A stretch of DNA of 64,000 bases, taken from NCBI GenBank assembly GCA_965223505.1, contig CBDCWP010000010.1:166299-230298 (forward strand), written 5' to 3'. This DNA is from Planctomycetota bacterium. GTDB taxonomy: Bacteria; Planctomycetota; PLA2; JAEUHO01. This document shows positions 10,614 through 19,903 of the stretch, in pieces (position 1 is the stretch's first letter; each line of letters begins with the position of its first letter). The notes below the pieces were generated by a model that saw only the letters and a program-made list of their open reading frames with translations, searched no databases and was not told the origin of the DNA. Made by a program: the position numbers and the translations under genes.

Positions 10614-11219
10614 CTAGGGGAGGGCGGCCGCCAGTGCCGTGAGGTGGCGCTGGAGGCGGCGGCCCGTCGGCGTGGCGCGGTACCGCGTGGACGGCGGGTA
10701 GCCCGACTCGACGATGCGCCGCAGCCAGCCGCACGCCTCGAGCTCCTTGAGCGCCAGGGCCAGCGCCCGCGGCGAGATCTGGGGCAAAACGGCGCGCAGT
10801 TCGCTGAACCGACAGGCGCCGCGGCCCACGGCCGCGAGCGTGGGGCACGACCACTTTTGGAGCCCGATCCGGACGTGGTCCGCGCTGCGGAGCGCGCGCC
10901 AGAGCGACCGCACGGGCGCCGCGATACGTACGCCGGCGGGTCCGAGGACGTACTCGGGGCGCATCGGGTGCCCGTAGCCCGGATTGCGCACCACCAGATC
11001 GAGCCGCCGCAGCTCGTCCAGCGTGCGGCGCAGGCTGTCGCGGCTCACGCCCAGGCGCTTGACCAGCGTGACGAACTTGCACCCCTTCGAGCGCGCGACC
11101 TCGGCGACGACGGGGACGCTCCACCGATGGTGGAACAGCGCGACCAGCCGGGACGCGCCCACAGGATCGGCGTCCTGGGCGGAGGGGGATCGGGCCGTGG
11201 TCCGGGCGGCGGGCGCCAT
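10614..11219 (-). CDS. Tandem HxlR-type winged-helix regulator
   Basis: Two HxlR-like repeats (HRWSVPVV...F..L; KWSCPTL...RFSELR...ISPRALALALKELE...YPPSTRYRAT). Confidence 0.8.
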   Translation of the reverse strand: MAPAARTTARSPSAQDADPVGASRLVALFHHRWSVPVVAEVARSKGCKFVTLVKRLGVSRDSLRRTLDELRRLDLVVRNPGYGHPMRPEYVLGPAGVRIAAPVRSLWRALRSADHVRIGLQKWSCPTLAAVGRGACRFSELRAVLPQISPRALALALKELEACGWLRRIVESGYPPSTRYRATPTGRRLQRHLTALAAALP

Positions 11220-11234
11220 GCGATCAAGCCTAGG

Positions 11235-11270
11235 TTGACACAAAACAGTATCAAGTATAAAAACCGTACT
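11235..11270 (+). promoter_or_regulatory. Sigma70-type promoter of the VOC gene with a candidate AGTA-N9-TACT operator
   Basis: TTGACA at 11235, AT-rich -10 region (TATAAAAA at 11256-11263), inverted AGTA (11254) / TACT (11267) in the divergent regulator-VOC gap. Confidence 0.5.
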
Positions 11271-11307
11271 CCGGTGATGGGATACCGGTGCTGAAGGAGA
11301 GACACGA

Positions 11308-11688
11308 ATGGCTTCATCGCTCGGCTATGACGGCGGGATCACCGCGGCGCTCGGTGTGAGCAACCTCGACGACGCGATCGCGTGGTACAGCGGCGTTCTG
11401 GGCTTCGAGCTGCTCTACAAGCTCGACGAGATGGGCTGGTGCGAGCTCAAGACCGAGACCGGGGGCGTGAACGTGGGCCTGTCCCAGGTCGAGAGCGTGG
11501 CCGCCGAAGGCGGCGCGACGCTCACGTTCGGTGTCAAGGACATCGGTGCGGCGCGGACCGAGCTCGAAGGCAAGGGCGTTCGCTTCGACGGCGAGACCCA
11601 GGTCATTCCCGACATGGTCAGCCTCGCGACGTTCTTCGACCTGGACGGCAACAAGCTGATGTTGTTCCAGGACCTCTCGTCCAAGTAG
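11308..11688 (+). CDS. VOC/glyoxalase family protein
   Basis: LGVSNLDDAIAWYSGVLGF...LEGKGVRF...ATFFDLDGNKLML; RBS AAGGAG. Confidence 0.92.
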   Translation: MASSLGYDGGITAALGVSNLDDAIAWYSGVLGFELLYKLDEMGWCELKTETGGVNVGLSQVESVAAEGGATLTFGVKDIGAARTELEGKGVRFDGETQVIPDMVSLATFFDLDGNKLMLFQDLSSK

Positions 11689-11700
11689 GCGTCCGCCAGG

Positions 11701-12759
11701 CTAGGCCCACACGTCGGCGACGGCGTGAGATGCCGCGATGGCCTCGGCGGGGTGGGTGACGTCGAGGCCGCGCGGCCTGCCGGTGTCCACGCGTGCGAAC
11801 ACGAAGTGCACGTGCGTGTCCCCCCGCTGTTCCAGCTCCCGCGACCACGCGTCGTAGTTGCGGTGCGATGCGAATGGCTCGAGGTGGGTAGCGATGGGCT
11901 CGATGCCGAGCAGGTGGACGTCGATGTGCGCCTTCGGGAAGGCCTCGCGCAGCAGGTCGAGCAGTCGGACGCGCTTCGTCTCGTCGCCGGGGCTGTAAGT
12001 GATGATCTCGAAGCGGCCGTCGGCATGCAGCCGGCACGGCGCTTCCTCGAGGATCGCGCGGATGACGTCGAGGCCGTCGGCGCCGCCGTGCGAGTGCAGG
12101 AAGTGCGATCCGCCCGGGGGGACCAGCTCGAAAGGCGGATTCACGAGGATCACGTCGAAGCGACGTTCGGCCGCGAACGGCTCGAACAGCGATCCCTGGT
12201 GCAGCGTGATCGCGCCGCGTTGATCGTTGAGCGCCATGTTGAAGCGCGCGAAGGCGAGCGCGCGCGGGTTGATATCGACGCCGTCGACAGCGGCTGCGCG
12301 CTCCGCGGCGAACAGACTGTTCACACCCGAGCCGAGACAGAGCTCCAAGACCCGGTCCTTCGGCCGGACGTCCATGTGCCGGACGAGATAGACTTGCTCG
12401 AACATCAACGAGAAGACCTGGTCTTCGCTCCGGTGACTGAGCAGGTCGGTGGCGATCAGCTTGCCGTCGAGCTCGAACACGCGCACCTGCGGGCGGTGAA
12501 GGTCCGTGTCGCCGTGCGTGCGCGACAGCCCCGCCTGCGCGAGGACGCCCGAGATTCGACGATCTTCGTCCGCGAACGTGAAGCGCGCAGGTTCGGCGCG
12601 CAGAAAGAAGGCATCGAAGCGCTCGGGATCGGACCTCAGCCAGCCCGCGAGGCCGTCTCGCGCGCGCCGCATCGCGTCGGGCTCCAGGACCGTGGGGGGA
12701 TCGAACGCCGTGCGCTCGCCCGCCCTCGACGCCAGGAACCTGCGAAATGCCTCGAACAT
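11701..12759 (-). CDS. SAM-dependent N-methyltransferase (HemK/MTS-like)
   Basis: VLELCLGSGV, GVDINPRAL, FDVILVNPPF, GGADGLDVIR. Confidence 0.85.
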   Translation of the reverse strand: MFEAFRRFLASRAGERTAFDPPTVLEPDAMRRARDGLAGWLRSDPERFDAFFLRAEPARFTFADEDRRISGVLAQAGLSRTHGDTDLHRPQVRVFELDGKLIATDLLSHRSEDQVFSLMFEQVYLVRHMDVRPKDRVLELCLGSGVNSLFAAERAAAVDGVDINPRALAFARFNMALNDQRGAITLHQGSLFEPFAAERRFDVILVNPPFELVPPGGSHFLHSHGGADGLDVIRAILEEAPCRLHADGRFEIITYSPGDETKRVRLLDLLREAFPKAHIDVHLLGIEPIATHLEPFASHRNYDAWSRELEQRGDTHVHFVFARVDTGRPRGLDVTHPAEAIAASHAVADVWA

Positions 12760-12876
12760 GGGCGCATTGCACGGAAGGGGGCCGTCGGAATCAACGCCCC
12801 GCCCGCATCTCTCGGGAAACCTTTTACAACTGTAAAAGGTCGGCCTAGCATGCGTCGACCCGTACCGAGGGCCGCC

Positions 12877-13338
12877 ATGAAGACGATGTCGTTCGATTTC
12901 CGTTGCACACCCGAGCAGCTCTGGCCCTGGCTCACCGAGCTGGAGCGCCAGAAGCAGTGGATGAAGGGGCTGCTCGAGAGCGAGCTCGTCGAAGGGGACG
13001 GGGGTGCCGGCTCCAAGATCCGCATGAAGATCAAGGAGGGCGGTCGCGTCGCGGAGTACGACGGACGATTGACCGCGTTCGAGCCGGCGAAGGAGCTCGC
13101 GCTCGACATGACCGGCGGGTGCTTCAAGGAGGGGCAATCGTTCTCGATCGTCTATCGCCTGCATCGCCTCGGCGACGGCGGCACTCGCCTCGACATTGGA
13201 TCCGACGCGAACGGCATGTCCGGCGTCACGTGGCGGCTCTTCGGCCGGCTGTTCATGTGGCTCGGCAAGATGCAGCTCAAGCGGCACATGAAGACCCTGA
13301 AGCGCCTGGCCGAGACGCCCGAACGCCAGGTCGCGTAG
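12877..13338 (+). CDS. SRPBCC/START family protein
   Basis: TPEQLWPWLTELERQKQWMKGL...GAGSKIRM...LKRLAE pattern. Confidence 0.8.
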   Translation: MKTMSFDFRCTPEQLWPWLTELERQKQWMKGLLESELVEGDGGAGSKIRMKIKEGGRVAEYDGRLTAFEPAKELALDMTGGCFKEGQSFSIVYRLHRLGDGGTRLDIGSDANGMSGVTWRLFGRLFMWLGKMQLKRHMKTLKRLAETPERQVA

Positions 13339-13451
13339 CGCCTGCGGGGGCGCCCGTTTCGCCGCTGCCATCTTTCTGGAATAATGCCGCCCCGGCCCGA
13401 TCCGGCACGCGGGCACAAGGGGGGAGTCCGCGACGTCGCCAGGAGAACCTC

Positions 13452-15464
13452 ATGCGCTCACGCAAGCGTTCCGTCATCCGTATTGCCGCAGCGGCACTCA
13501 CGCTCGCGCTGGTCACGGGAGGCTGCGGCGGCGGCGGGGGGCCGGGCTTCGTCATTCCGCTGCCGGTCGCGGGTCTGGCGCCCGCGGCGCAGATCTGGGT
13601 GCAGGACGCGACGATCGGCACGGGCGGCGGCGGCCAGTTCTTCCACGGCCAAGGGGTGGACGCCGACGGCGATGTGGTCGGCTACGAGTGGGACTTCGAG
13701 TCCGACGGCACGTTCGACAGCACCGATCAATTCGCGATCTTCCCGTACGCGACGGAGGGATTGAAGACCGTCACGTTGCGCGTTACGGATGACGAAGGCG
13801 CGACGACGACGGCGACCGCGGTGATCTCCGTTCGAAACGCACCGCCGACCGCCTCGGCGCCGACGCTGAACGTCCGCGCGTTCACGCTCTGTGCGCAGGC
13901 GAGCAAGGAGATCCTGTTCATCGCGGAAGCAGAAGACCCGGACGGCGACGCGATCACGAACTTCGCCTGGGACTTCGAGTCGGACGGCACGATCGACGTG
14001 GCCGTCGACCCGACCGGCCGCCAGAAGTTCACGTACGCGACGTCCGACACGTTCAAGTGCACGTGCACCGTCACGGACGCCGACGGGGCCACCACCGAGG
14101 CGTCCGTGGCCGTGGCCTTGTGCGACCCCGGGACCGTGCCGGAGCTGCCGCCGGCGCTGCAGATCGTGCGAGGGGACGGCATCCGCCAGACCACGGCGGG
14201 TGGATCGATCACCTTCTGCGCCGTGGGCGGGGACGTCGACGGAGGCATGCTGCCCGACGCGAGCTACACGTGGGATCTGAACAACGACGGCATCTTCGAC
14301 AACGGCGTCGGGCAGACGGTGACCACCGACTTCGGATCGGTCGTCGGCGCGTACAACGTGCGCGTGCGCGCGCTGGACGACGAGGGGAACTCCGCCGAGG
14401 CCATGATGACGGCACTGGTGCTCGCCGCGCCGGGAGCGGCTGGCCCGCCCAACGCGAGGGCGTGGGCCGAAACGATCCTGGCTCCGTCCGGCGAGGCCAT
14501 CCAATTCCACGGGCGCGGCAACGACCCTGCAGGGGATCCGGTCACGCTCAGCTGGGACTTCGACGGGGACGGCATCGAGGACTCGACAGCCAGCAACCCC
14601 ATCTTCACGTTCCCGGTGCCGGGCATCTACCGGCCGACCTTGACCGTCACGGACGGAGCGGAGACCGCCGAGGCCGACCTGACCGTCGTGATCGAGGACT
14701 GCAACGACGCAGGTCCCGGGCCGTACTTCTGGTTCGACTGCGACCCCGTCACGATCTTCCACGGCGGCAGGGCCACGATCTCGATGGGTCCGGGCGTCGT
14801 CGCGGGCAGCTCGCCGACGATGTTCTCGGTCAAGAGCATCAACGGGACCATCGGCGGCGACTTCGCGGCCGCCGAGCTGGCGACACCGGGGCTCGGTCCG
14901 CTGCCCACGGGACTGATGGCGGTTCCGGGCGTCCCGATCGCAATCACGATCGACTCCATCGCCGTCGACGGTCCGCCGGGTCTCGAGGTCTACACCGTCA
15001 CGACGCGTCTGGTGGACCCGGGCGTCCGCGTGCAAATCCTCAAGTGCCGGCTCAGCGTGGCCCACGACGTCGTGAACGCGACGTTCGACATCGCGCCGTT
15101 CGAGATAAGCGATCAATGGAACGCGCACATGCGGGTGCGGGTGAATGCCGGAGGCCAGCCGTTCGGCGGGATCCTGCCGGAGGTGTTCGCGGTCGAGATC
15201 CACCGGATGGATCAAACCCCCAACATGACCAACCTCAACTTCGTTCCGATGACGATCACGCCCGGCTGGATTCCGGCGAACATCCCCGAGGGGATCCAGT
15301 TCGGATCCATGACGCCGCTGGTCGACGGTGGTTCGGACCTCGAGTTCACCTTCAACTACCAGACCGGCGCCGGCGTTGCCGGACCGCCGGTGACCCAGGG
15401 GACGATCATCCTCCGGGGCAACAGCGGCGAGATCGTCGGCCGGCAGGCGATTCCCTATCCGTAG
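13452..15464 (+). CDS. PKD-domain surface lipoprotein
   Basis: Lipobox VTGGC; four PKD-like repeats (YEWDFESDG, FAWDFESDG, YTWDLNNDG, LSWDFDGDG); RBS AGGAG. Confidence 0.85.
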   Translation: MRSRKRSVIRIAAAALTLALVTGGCGGGGGPGFVIPLPVAGLAPAAQIWVQDATIGTGGGGQFFHGQGVDADGDVVGYEWDFESDGTFDSTDQFAIFPYATEGLKTVTLRVTDDEGATTTATAVISVRNAPPTASAPTLNVRAFTLCAQASKEILFIAEAEDPDGDAITNFAWDFESDGTIDVAVDPTGRQKFTYATSDTFKCTCTVTDADGATTEASVAVALCDPGTVPELPPALQIVRGDGIRQTTAGGSITFCAVGGDVDGGMLPDASYTWDLNNDGIFDNGVGQTVTTDFGSVVGAYNVRVRALDDEGNSAEAMMTALVLAAPGAAGPPNARAWAETILAPSGEAIQFHGRGNDPAGDPVTLSWDFDGDGIEDSTASNPIFTFPVPGIYRPTLTVTDGAETAEADLTVVIEDCNDAGPGPYFWFDCDPVTIFHGGRATISMGPGVVAGSSPTMFSVKSINGTIGGDFAAAELATPGLGPLPTGLMAVPGVPIAITIDSIAVDGPPGLEVYTVTTRLVDPGVRVQILKCRLSVAHDVVNATFDIAPFEISDQWNAHMRVRVNAGGQPFGGILPEVFAVEIHRMDQTPNMTNLNFVPMTITPGWIPANIPEGIQFGSMTPLVDGGSDLEFTFNYQTGAGVAGPPVTQGTIILRGNSGEIVGRQAIPYP

Positions 15465-15581
15465 TCGCGGCCCCGTCGCGCAATCGGAGCGGAGCGCGAA
15501 GCGAAGCGTTGTCTCGCTGCGTCGTCCCGCGTAGCGTGCGCGGCACGGACGGATCGAAACCCAGGGAAAAGGAGGAAACTC

Positions 15582-16259
15582 ATGTTCATCAAGACGGCGC
15601 GGCGGTCTCATCTTGCAGTCTGTGCAATCGTGCTCGGCATGGCGCTCGGCGCGTGCGGCGGCGACGGAGACAACGGCGGCGGCGGGAGCGCAGGGGCCGA
15701 TGGCGCCGCGTCACCCGACGAGCTCGTCAGCAAGATGCAGGTGGCGGTCAACAACGACGACTTTCCGGCCATGCTGCCGCTGCTGGTCCCGAAACAACGC
15801 GCGATGATCACCTTCGGCGTGTACATGGGCGCGGAGATGATGGTCGGCATGAGCACGAGGATGGCGGGGATGGGCGGCGACGAGGGGCAGGCCGCGGCCA
15901 AGAAGCTGAGTGACGACTGGTCCGCCATCAAGAAGCGGCACGGCCTTCCGGGGGACAAGGGCGCGAAGCCGGAGGGACTCGACACCGACGACAAGGATCA
16001 GATGATCGAGGGCATGAACAAGCTATTGGGCCACGTGGACCACGCGGCGTTTCTGAAGGACGCGCTCGCGTTCATGCGCGCCAACAAGGACCCCGATGAA
16101 GAGGGCGGCGCGATGGACACCATGAAGGGCACGTTCAAGAACCTGAAAGTCGACGGTGAGAGCGGCACCGTCGAGCTGGAAAAAGACGACGGGACCGAGA
16201 CCGTCGGCATCGTCAAGATCGACGGTCGGTGGTACGCCGACCTGAAGGACACGATGTAG
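15582..16259 (+). CDS. Hypothetical lipoprotein
   Basis: Lipobox LGAC; C-terminal VKIDGRWY typical of NTF2-like lipoproteins; strong RBS. Confidence 0.8.
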   Translation: MFIKTARRSHLAVCAIVLGMALGACGGDGDNGGGGSAGADGAASPDELVSKMQVAVNNDDFPAMLPLLVPKQRAMITFGVYMGAEMMVGMSTRMAGMGGDEGQAAAKKLSDDWSAIKKRHGLPGDKGAKPEGLDTDDKDQMIEGMNKLLGHVDHAAFLKDALAFMRANKDPDEEGGAMDTMKGTFKNLKVDGESGTVELEKDDGTETVGIVKIDGRWYADLKDTM

Positions 16260-16286
16260 CGTCGGGCGGCTACATTCGTCGGGATC

Positions 16287-16646
16287 TCACGGCATGAGAT
16301 ACGCCGCGGCCGTGAGCACGGCCGCGGTGATCGACGCCTGGAGGTAGAGCCGGCGCGACTTCGCGCGTAGCGCGTCGCGCAACGCCTCGTCGTCGATCGC
16401 TTCCGTCTTGCCGTTCACCTCGCGCACACCCTGTGCGGCGCGCGCGACTCACGTGCCCGCCGCGGCCTGGAAGAAGCTCAGGCCCGCGACGAACAGCGGC
16501 AAGAACAGAAGCAGGCGCCAGGTCTTCGCGAACCCCTGCTGGTCGAACCAGAACAGGATCCCGCCGCAGACCAGGAGGATCACGAAGCCGCTCCACCAGC
16601 GTTTCGAGCGGCCCCCGCGGTCGAGATTGGTCGCGTTCTTGGACAA
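16287..16646 (-). CDS. Small membrane protein with in-frame TGA (16449-16451); putative selenoprotein
   Basis: TTG start after GGGAG; MSKNATNLDRGGRSKRWW...LFVAGLSFFQAAAGT-TGA-VARAAQGVREVNGKTEAIDDEALRDALRAKSRRLYLQASITAAVLTAAAYLMP*; the frame stays protein-like after the TGA and ends in a TM helix. Confidence 0.7.
16420..16447 (-). promoter_or_regulatory. SECIS-like hairpin 3' of UGA
   Basis: UCGCGCGCGCC-GCACAG-GGUGUGCGCGA stem-loop; alternative upper stem GCACA-GGG-UGUGC with a G-rich loop 17 nt after the UGA. Confidence 0.5.
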
Positions 16647-16703
16647 GGTCGAGCTCCCGCGCCAACGCGCTGCCGCCGGATTGCATCCTACACTTGCTCG
16701 GCC

Positions 16704-18863
16704 ATGAAACTCCGTCGCGCCCTTTGCCTGATTGTCCTGATCTCGGCCTCCCGAGGACTCTGTGTGCCGAGCGCAGACGGCGAGGAACGGATCGAGCGGC
16801 GCGCGCCGGGCACGATCGTGCTCCGCGGCGACCCCGACCGCGTCGCCGGACACCGCATCGTGCCGGCGTTCCCGCGGCTGCGGTTCCGGCGGCCGCTCTA
16901 CTTCGGCTTCCTCCCGGACGGTTCGGGCCGGCTGTGCGTGTTGGAGCAGGACGGACGCGTCTTGCTGTTTCCCAACGCCGACAACGTCGGCCCGGAGCAG
17001 GTCCACGTCGCGCTCGACATCCGGCAGAAGGTCTATCGGAAGCACAACGAAGAGGGCCTGCTCGGCATCGCGTTCCACCCGCGGTTCGCCGAGAACCGAA
17101 CGCTGTTCATCCACTACTCGGCCAACGGCCCGCGCCGCGGCGTCGTCTCGCGCTTCCGGATGAATCGCGCGCGAACGAAGATCGATCCCCGGAGCGAGCG
17201 CGTCGTCCTGGAACAGCGCCAACCGTGGGGCAATCACAACGGCGGGGGGCTGGAGTTCGGTCCGGACGGGTACCTGTACATCACGTTCGGCGACGGCGGC
17301 GCCGGCGGCGACCCCCAGGGCAACGGCCAGAATCTCGGCACGTGGCTGGGCTCGATCTTGCGCATCGACGTGGATCGCAAGTCGCCGTACGCGGTTCCGC
17401 CCGACAACCCATTCGTCAAGCACCGCGGCGCGCGCCCGGAGATCTGGGCGTACGGTCTGCGCAACGTGTGGCGATTCTCGTTCGACCGGCTGACCGGCGA
17501 TCTGTGGGCCGGCGACGTCGGTCAGAACGCGTGGGAAGAGATCGACCTGATCGTCAAGGGCGGCAACTACGGCTGGAAGATCCGTGAAGGCGCGCATCCG
17601 TTCCGCGGGCAGGGCCGAACGGAAGGCTTGATCGATCCGGTGATCGAGTTCGACACCTCCCAAGCGCGATCCATCACCGGCGGCTACGTGTACCGCGGCA
17701 AGAAGCTCCCGGGCCTCGTCGGTACGTACGTCTACGCGGACTATGCGACCGGCAACGTGTGGGGCTTGAAGTGGGACGGCGAGACGGTGCGCGAGAATCG
17801 CTTGCTCGGCCGCGGCCGCAGCGTGTCGAGCTTCGGAGAGGACGCCGACGGCGAAGTCTACTTCACGTCTTTCGACGGTCGCATCTACACGTTCACACGT
17901 CCGCGTCATGCGAACGCGGGCGGGCGATTCCCGCGCAAACTCTCCGAGACGGGTCTGTTCACCGACACCGCCGCGCTGACGCCGCACGCCTCGCTGATTC
18001 CGTACGAGGTCAACGTGCCGCTCTGGTCCGACGGGGCGGCGAAGCAGCGCTACGTCATGCTGCCGGGCATGGAGCGGGTGCGTGTCGGTGCCGACGGTCG
18101 CTTCACGTTCCCCCAGGGCACGATCTTCGTGAAGACGTTCTTCGCCGGCACCTCGGCGAAGGCCCCGCGGCTCGAGACCCGACTCTTTGCCCGTCGTGAC
18201 GAGGGTTGGCGGGGCTACACGTACGTCTGGAACGAGGCGCAGACCGACGCCGAGCTGATCGACGGCCGCGTCACGGCGCCGACCTCCGCCCAGGCGCGTC
18301 GCGCGGGACTGGCCGACCGCTGGACGTTTCCGAGCCGTTCGGACTGCATGAGCTGCCACACGGAGGCAGGGGGCTCGGTGCTCGGTTTTCGCGCGGAGCA
18401 GCTTCACCGCACGAACGAGCACTTCGACGAGGCCACCGTCAGCCGGCTCGAGGTGCTGCAGCGCATCGGCGTCTTCGAGGAAGGCGCCGACCCACGCGCC
18501 GTGACGTCGTTTCCGCGGTGGGACGACGGCAAAGCACCCCTCGACGGCCGGGTCCGCGCGTACCTGGATACGAACTGCGCGAGCTGTCATCAGCCGGGCG
18601 CGCCCGGCAACGCTCGCATCGACCTGCGGTACGACACGCCGCTCGGCGAGTCGCGCATGCTCGAGGAGCCGCCGGGCGACGACGACCTGGGCGTGCCGAA
18701 CGCGCGCATCGTCAAACCGGGCCGTCCGAATCAGTCGCTGCTGCTGCTTCGCATGTTACGCACCGACGAGAAGGGCATGCCGCACATCGCCCACGAGTCG
18801 GTCGACCGCAAGGCCGTCGACCTCGTCACGCGATGGATTCGATCGCTGCGTCCGCTGAAGTAG
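16704..18863 (+). CDS. PQQ-dependent sugar dehydrogenase (GSDH) fused to diheme cytochrome c, paralog 1
   Basis: EEGLLGIAFHP, NHNGGGLEFGPDGYLY, EIWAYGLRNVWRFSFD, GGNYGW; two CxxCH motifs (CMSCH, CASCH); signal peptide. Confidence 0.9.
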   Translation: MKLRRALCLIVLISASRGLCVPSADGEERIERRAPGTIVLRGDPDRVAGHRIVPAFPRLRFRRPLYFGFLPDGSGRLCVLEQDGRVLLFPNADNVGPEQVHVALDIRQKVYRKHNEEGLLGIAFHPRFAENRTLFIHYSANGPRRGVVSRFRMNRARTKIDPRSERVVLEQRQPWGNHNGGGLEFGPDGYLYITFGDGGAGGDPQGNGQNLGTWLGSILRIDVDRKSPYAVPPDNPFVKHRGARPEIWAYGLRNVWRFSFDRLTGDLWAGDVGQNAWEEIDLIVKGGNYGWKIREGAHPFRGQGRTEGLIDPVIEFDTSQARSITGGYVYRGKKLPGLVGTYVYADYATGNVWGLKWDGETVRENRLLGRGRSVSSFGEDADGEVYFTSFDGRIYTFTRPRHANAGGRFPRKLSETGLFTDTAALTPHASLIPYEVNVPLWSDGAAKQRYVMLPGMERVRVGADGRFTFPQGTIFVKTFFAGTSAKAPRLETRLFARRDEGWRGYTYVWNEAQTDAELIDGRVTAPTSAQARRAGLADRWTFPSRSDCMSCHTEAGGSVLGFRAEQLHRTNEHFDEATVSRLEVLQRIGVFEEGADPRAVTSFPRWDDGKAPLDGRVRAYLDTNCASCHQPGAPGNARIDLRYDTPLGESRMLEEPPGDDDLGVPNARIVKPGRPNQSLLLLRMLRTDEKGMPHIAHESVDRKAVDLVTRWIRSLRPLK

Positions 18864-18866
18864 CGC

Positions 18867-19850
18867 CTACAAGAACTTGGTCTTGAGCTTCTCGGCGATC
18901 TTCTGCGCTTCCTGGCCTGCCTTGGTGTTCTCGTACTTCTTCTTCGTCAGCGACTTGATGATGGCGTACTGCTTCTTGTAGTTCGACTCTTCCGCCATCT
19001 TCGCTTTGGCCTTCGCGAGCTTCTTGCTGGCATCCACCTCGAGCTTGAGCTCCTTGTCCTTCAGGATCTCCTTGGCGGCGGCCTGCGCCTGCTTGCCGTA
19101 GTCGTGCCCCTTGAACTCCTTGGCGACGCGCTCGTAGGCGAGGAACGCGTCGTACACGTTGCGCTCGCGCAGCGCCGCCGCCGCCTCCTCGAGCGAAGAG
19201 GTCGCGGTCCACTCCAACCAGGCCTTGATCTCGTTCGCGGCTTCCAGCTCGTCGCCTTCGACCTTTTCGCCCTCGATGGCCGCGTTCACCTTCTTGAGCG
19301 CGTCGGCGAACTTCTGCTTGCCGATGGCCTTCTCGACCTTCGAGAGCGACGCCGGGAACGCCGGAAGGAGCCGGATGCTCGCCAGGGCCTCCTCGATCAT
19401 CTCGGTGGTGACGGACGCCGGGTGGTCCACGACGAGCACCTTGCCGCGCGCGTCGATCAGAACCGCCGAGGGGTAGCTGTTGCGGCCGTACGCCGCCATG
19501 GAGTCGGTTTTCTCGCTGATGATCGGGTGCTTCGCGTCGGTCTTCTCGATGAACGCCTCGATGCGCGATGCCGGTTCCTTCGAGATGGAGATGACCGTCA
19601 GGCCCTTGGGGCCGTACTTCTCGTGAAGCTCGTCCAGGTGACCCACCTGGTTCACACACGGGCCTCAGGTCGTTGCGAAGAGCTCGAGGAACACGACGCG
19701 CCCGCGCAGGTCCTCGAGGGTGACCGGGTCGGTGTTGAAGAACTCGTCGCCCTCGAAGGCGGCGGCGGGATCCCCGACCCCGGCGACGGCCGAGGTGCTG
19801 GACAGGAGGAGAACGCCGAGGACGGCGCCTGCAACGGCGATCTTGCTCAT
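18867..19850 (-). CDS. Secreted TlpA/AhpC-TSA-type redoxin selenoprotein (UxxC) with helical C-terminal domain
   Basis: ORF pieces 19665-19850 and 18867-19655 are in frame across TGA 19665-19667: LEDLRGRVVFLELFATT-U-GPC-VNQVGHLDELHEKYGPKGLTVISIS...YPSAVLIDARGKV; signal peptide. Confidence 0.88.
19623..19655 (-). promoter_or_regulatory. SECIS-like hairpin 3' of UGA
   Basis: GUGAA-CCAGGUG-GGU-CACCUGG-ACGAGC-UUCAC: perfect 7-bp upper stem, G-first loop 21 nt after the UGA, 5-bp lower stem. Confidence 0.65.
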
Positions 19851-19903
19851 CGAACACTCCAGATCGAGTTGCCGCGAGTATAGCGCTACGCGCCGAAATC
19901 CGG

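Noticed and set aside
19665..19667. UGA=Trp or UGA=Gly alternative genetic code
   Set aside because: Many genes in the window end at TGA with ATGA/GTGA coupling and Trp is encoded by TGG, so the read-through is site-specific.
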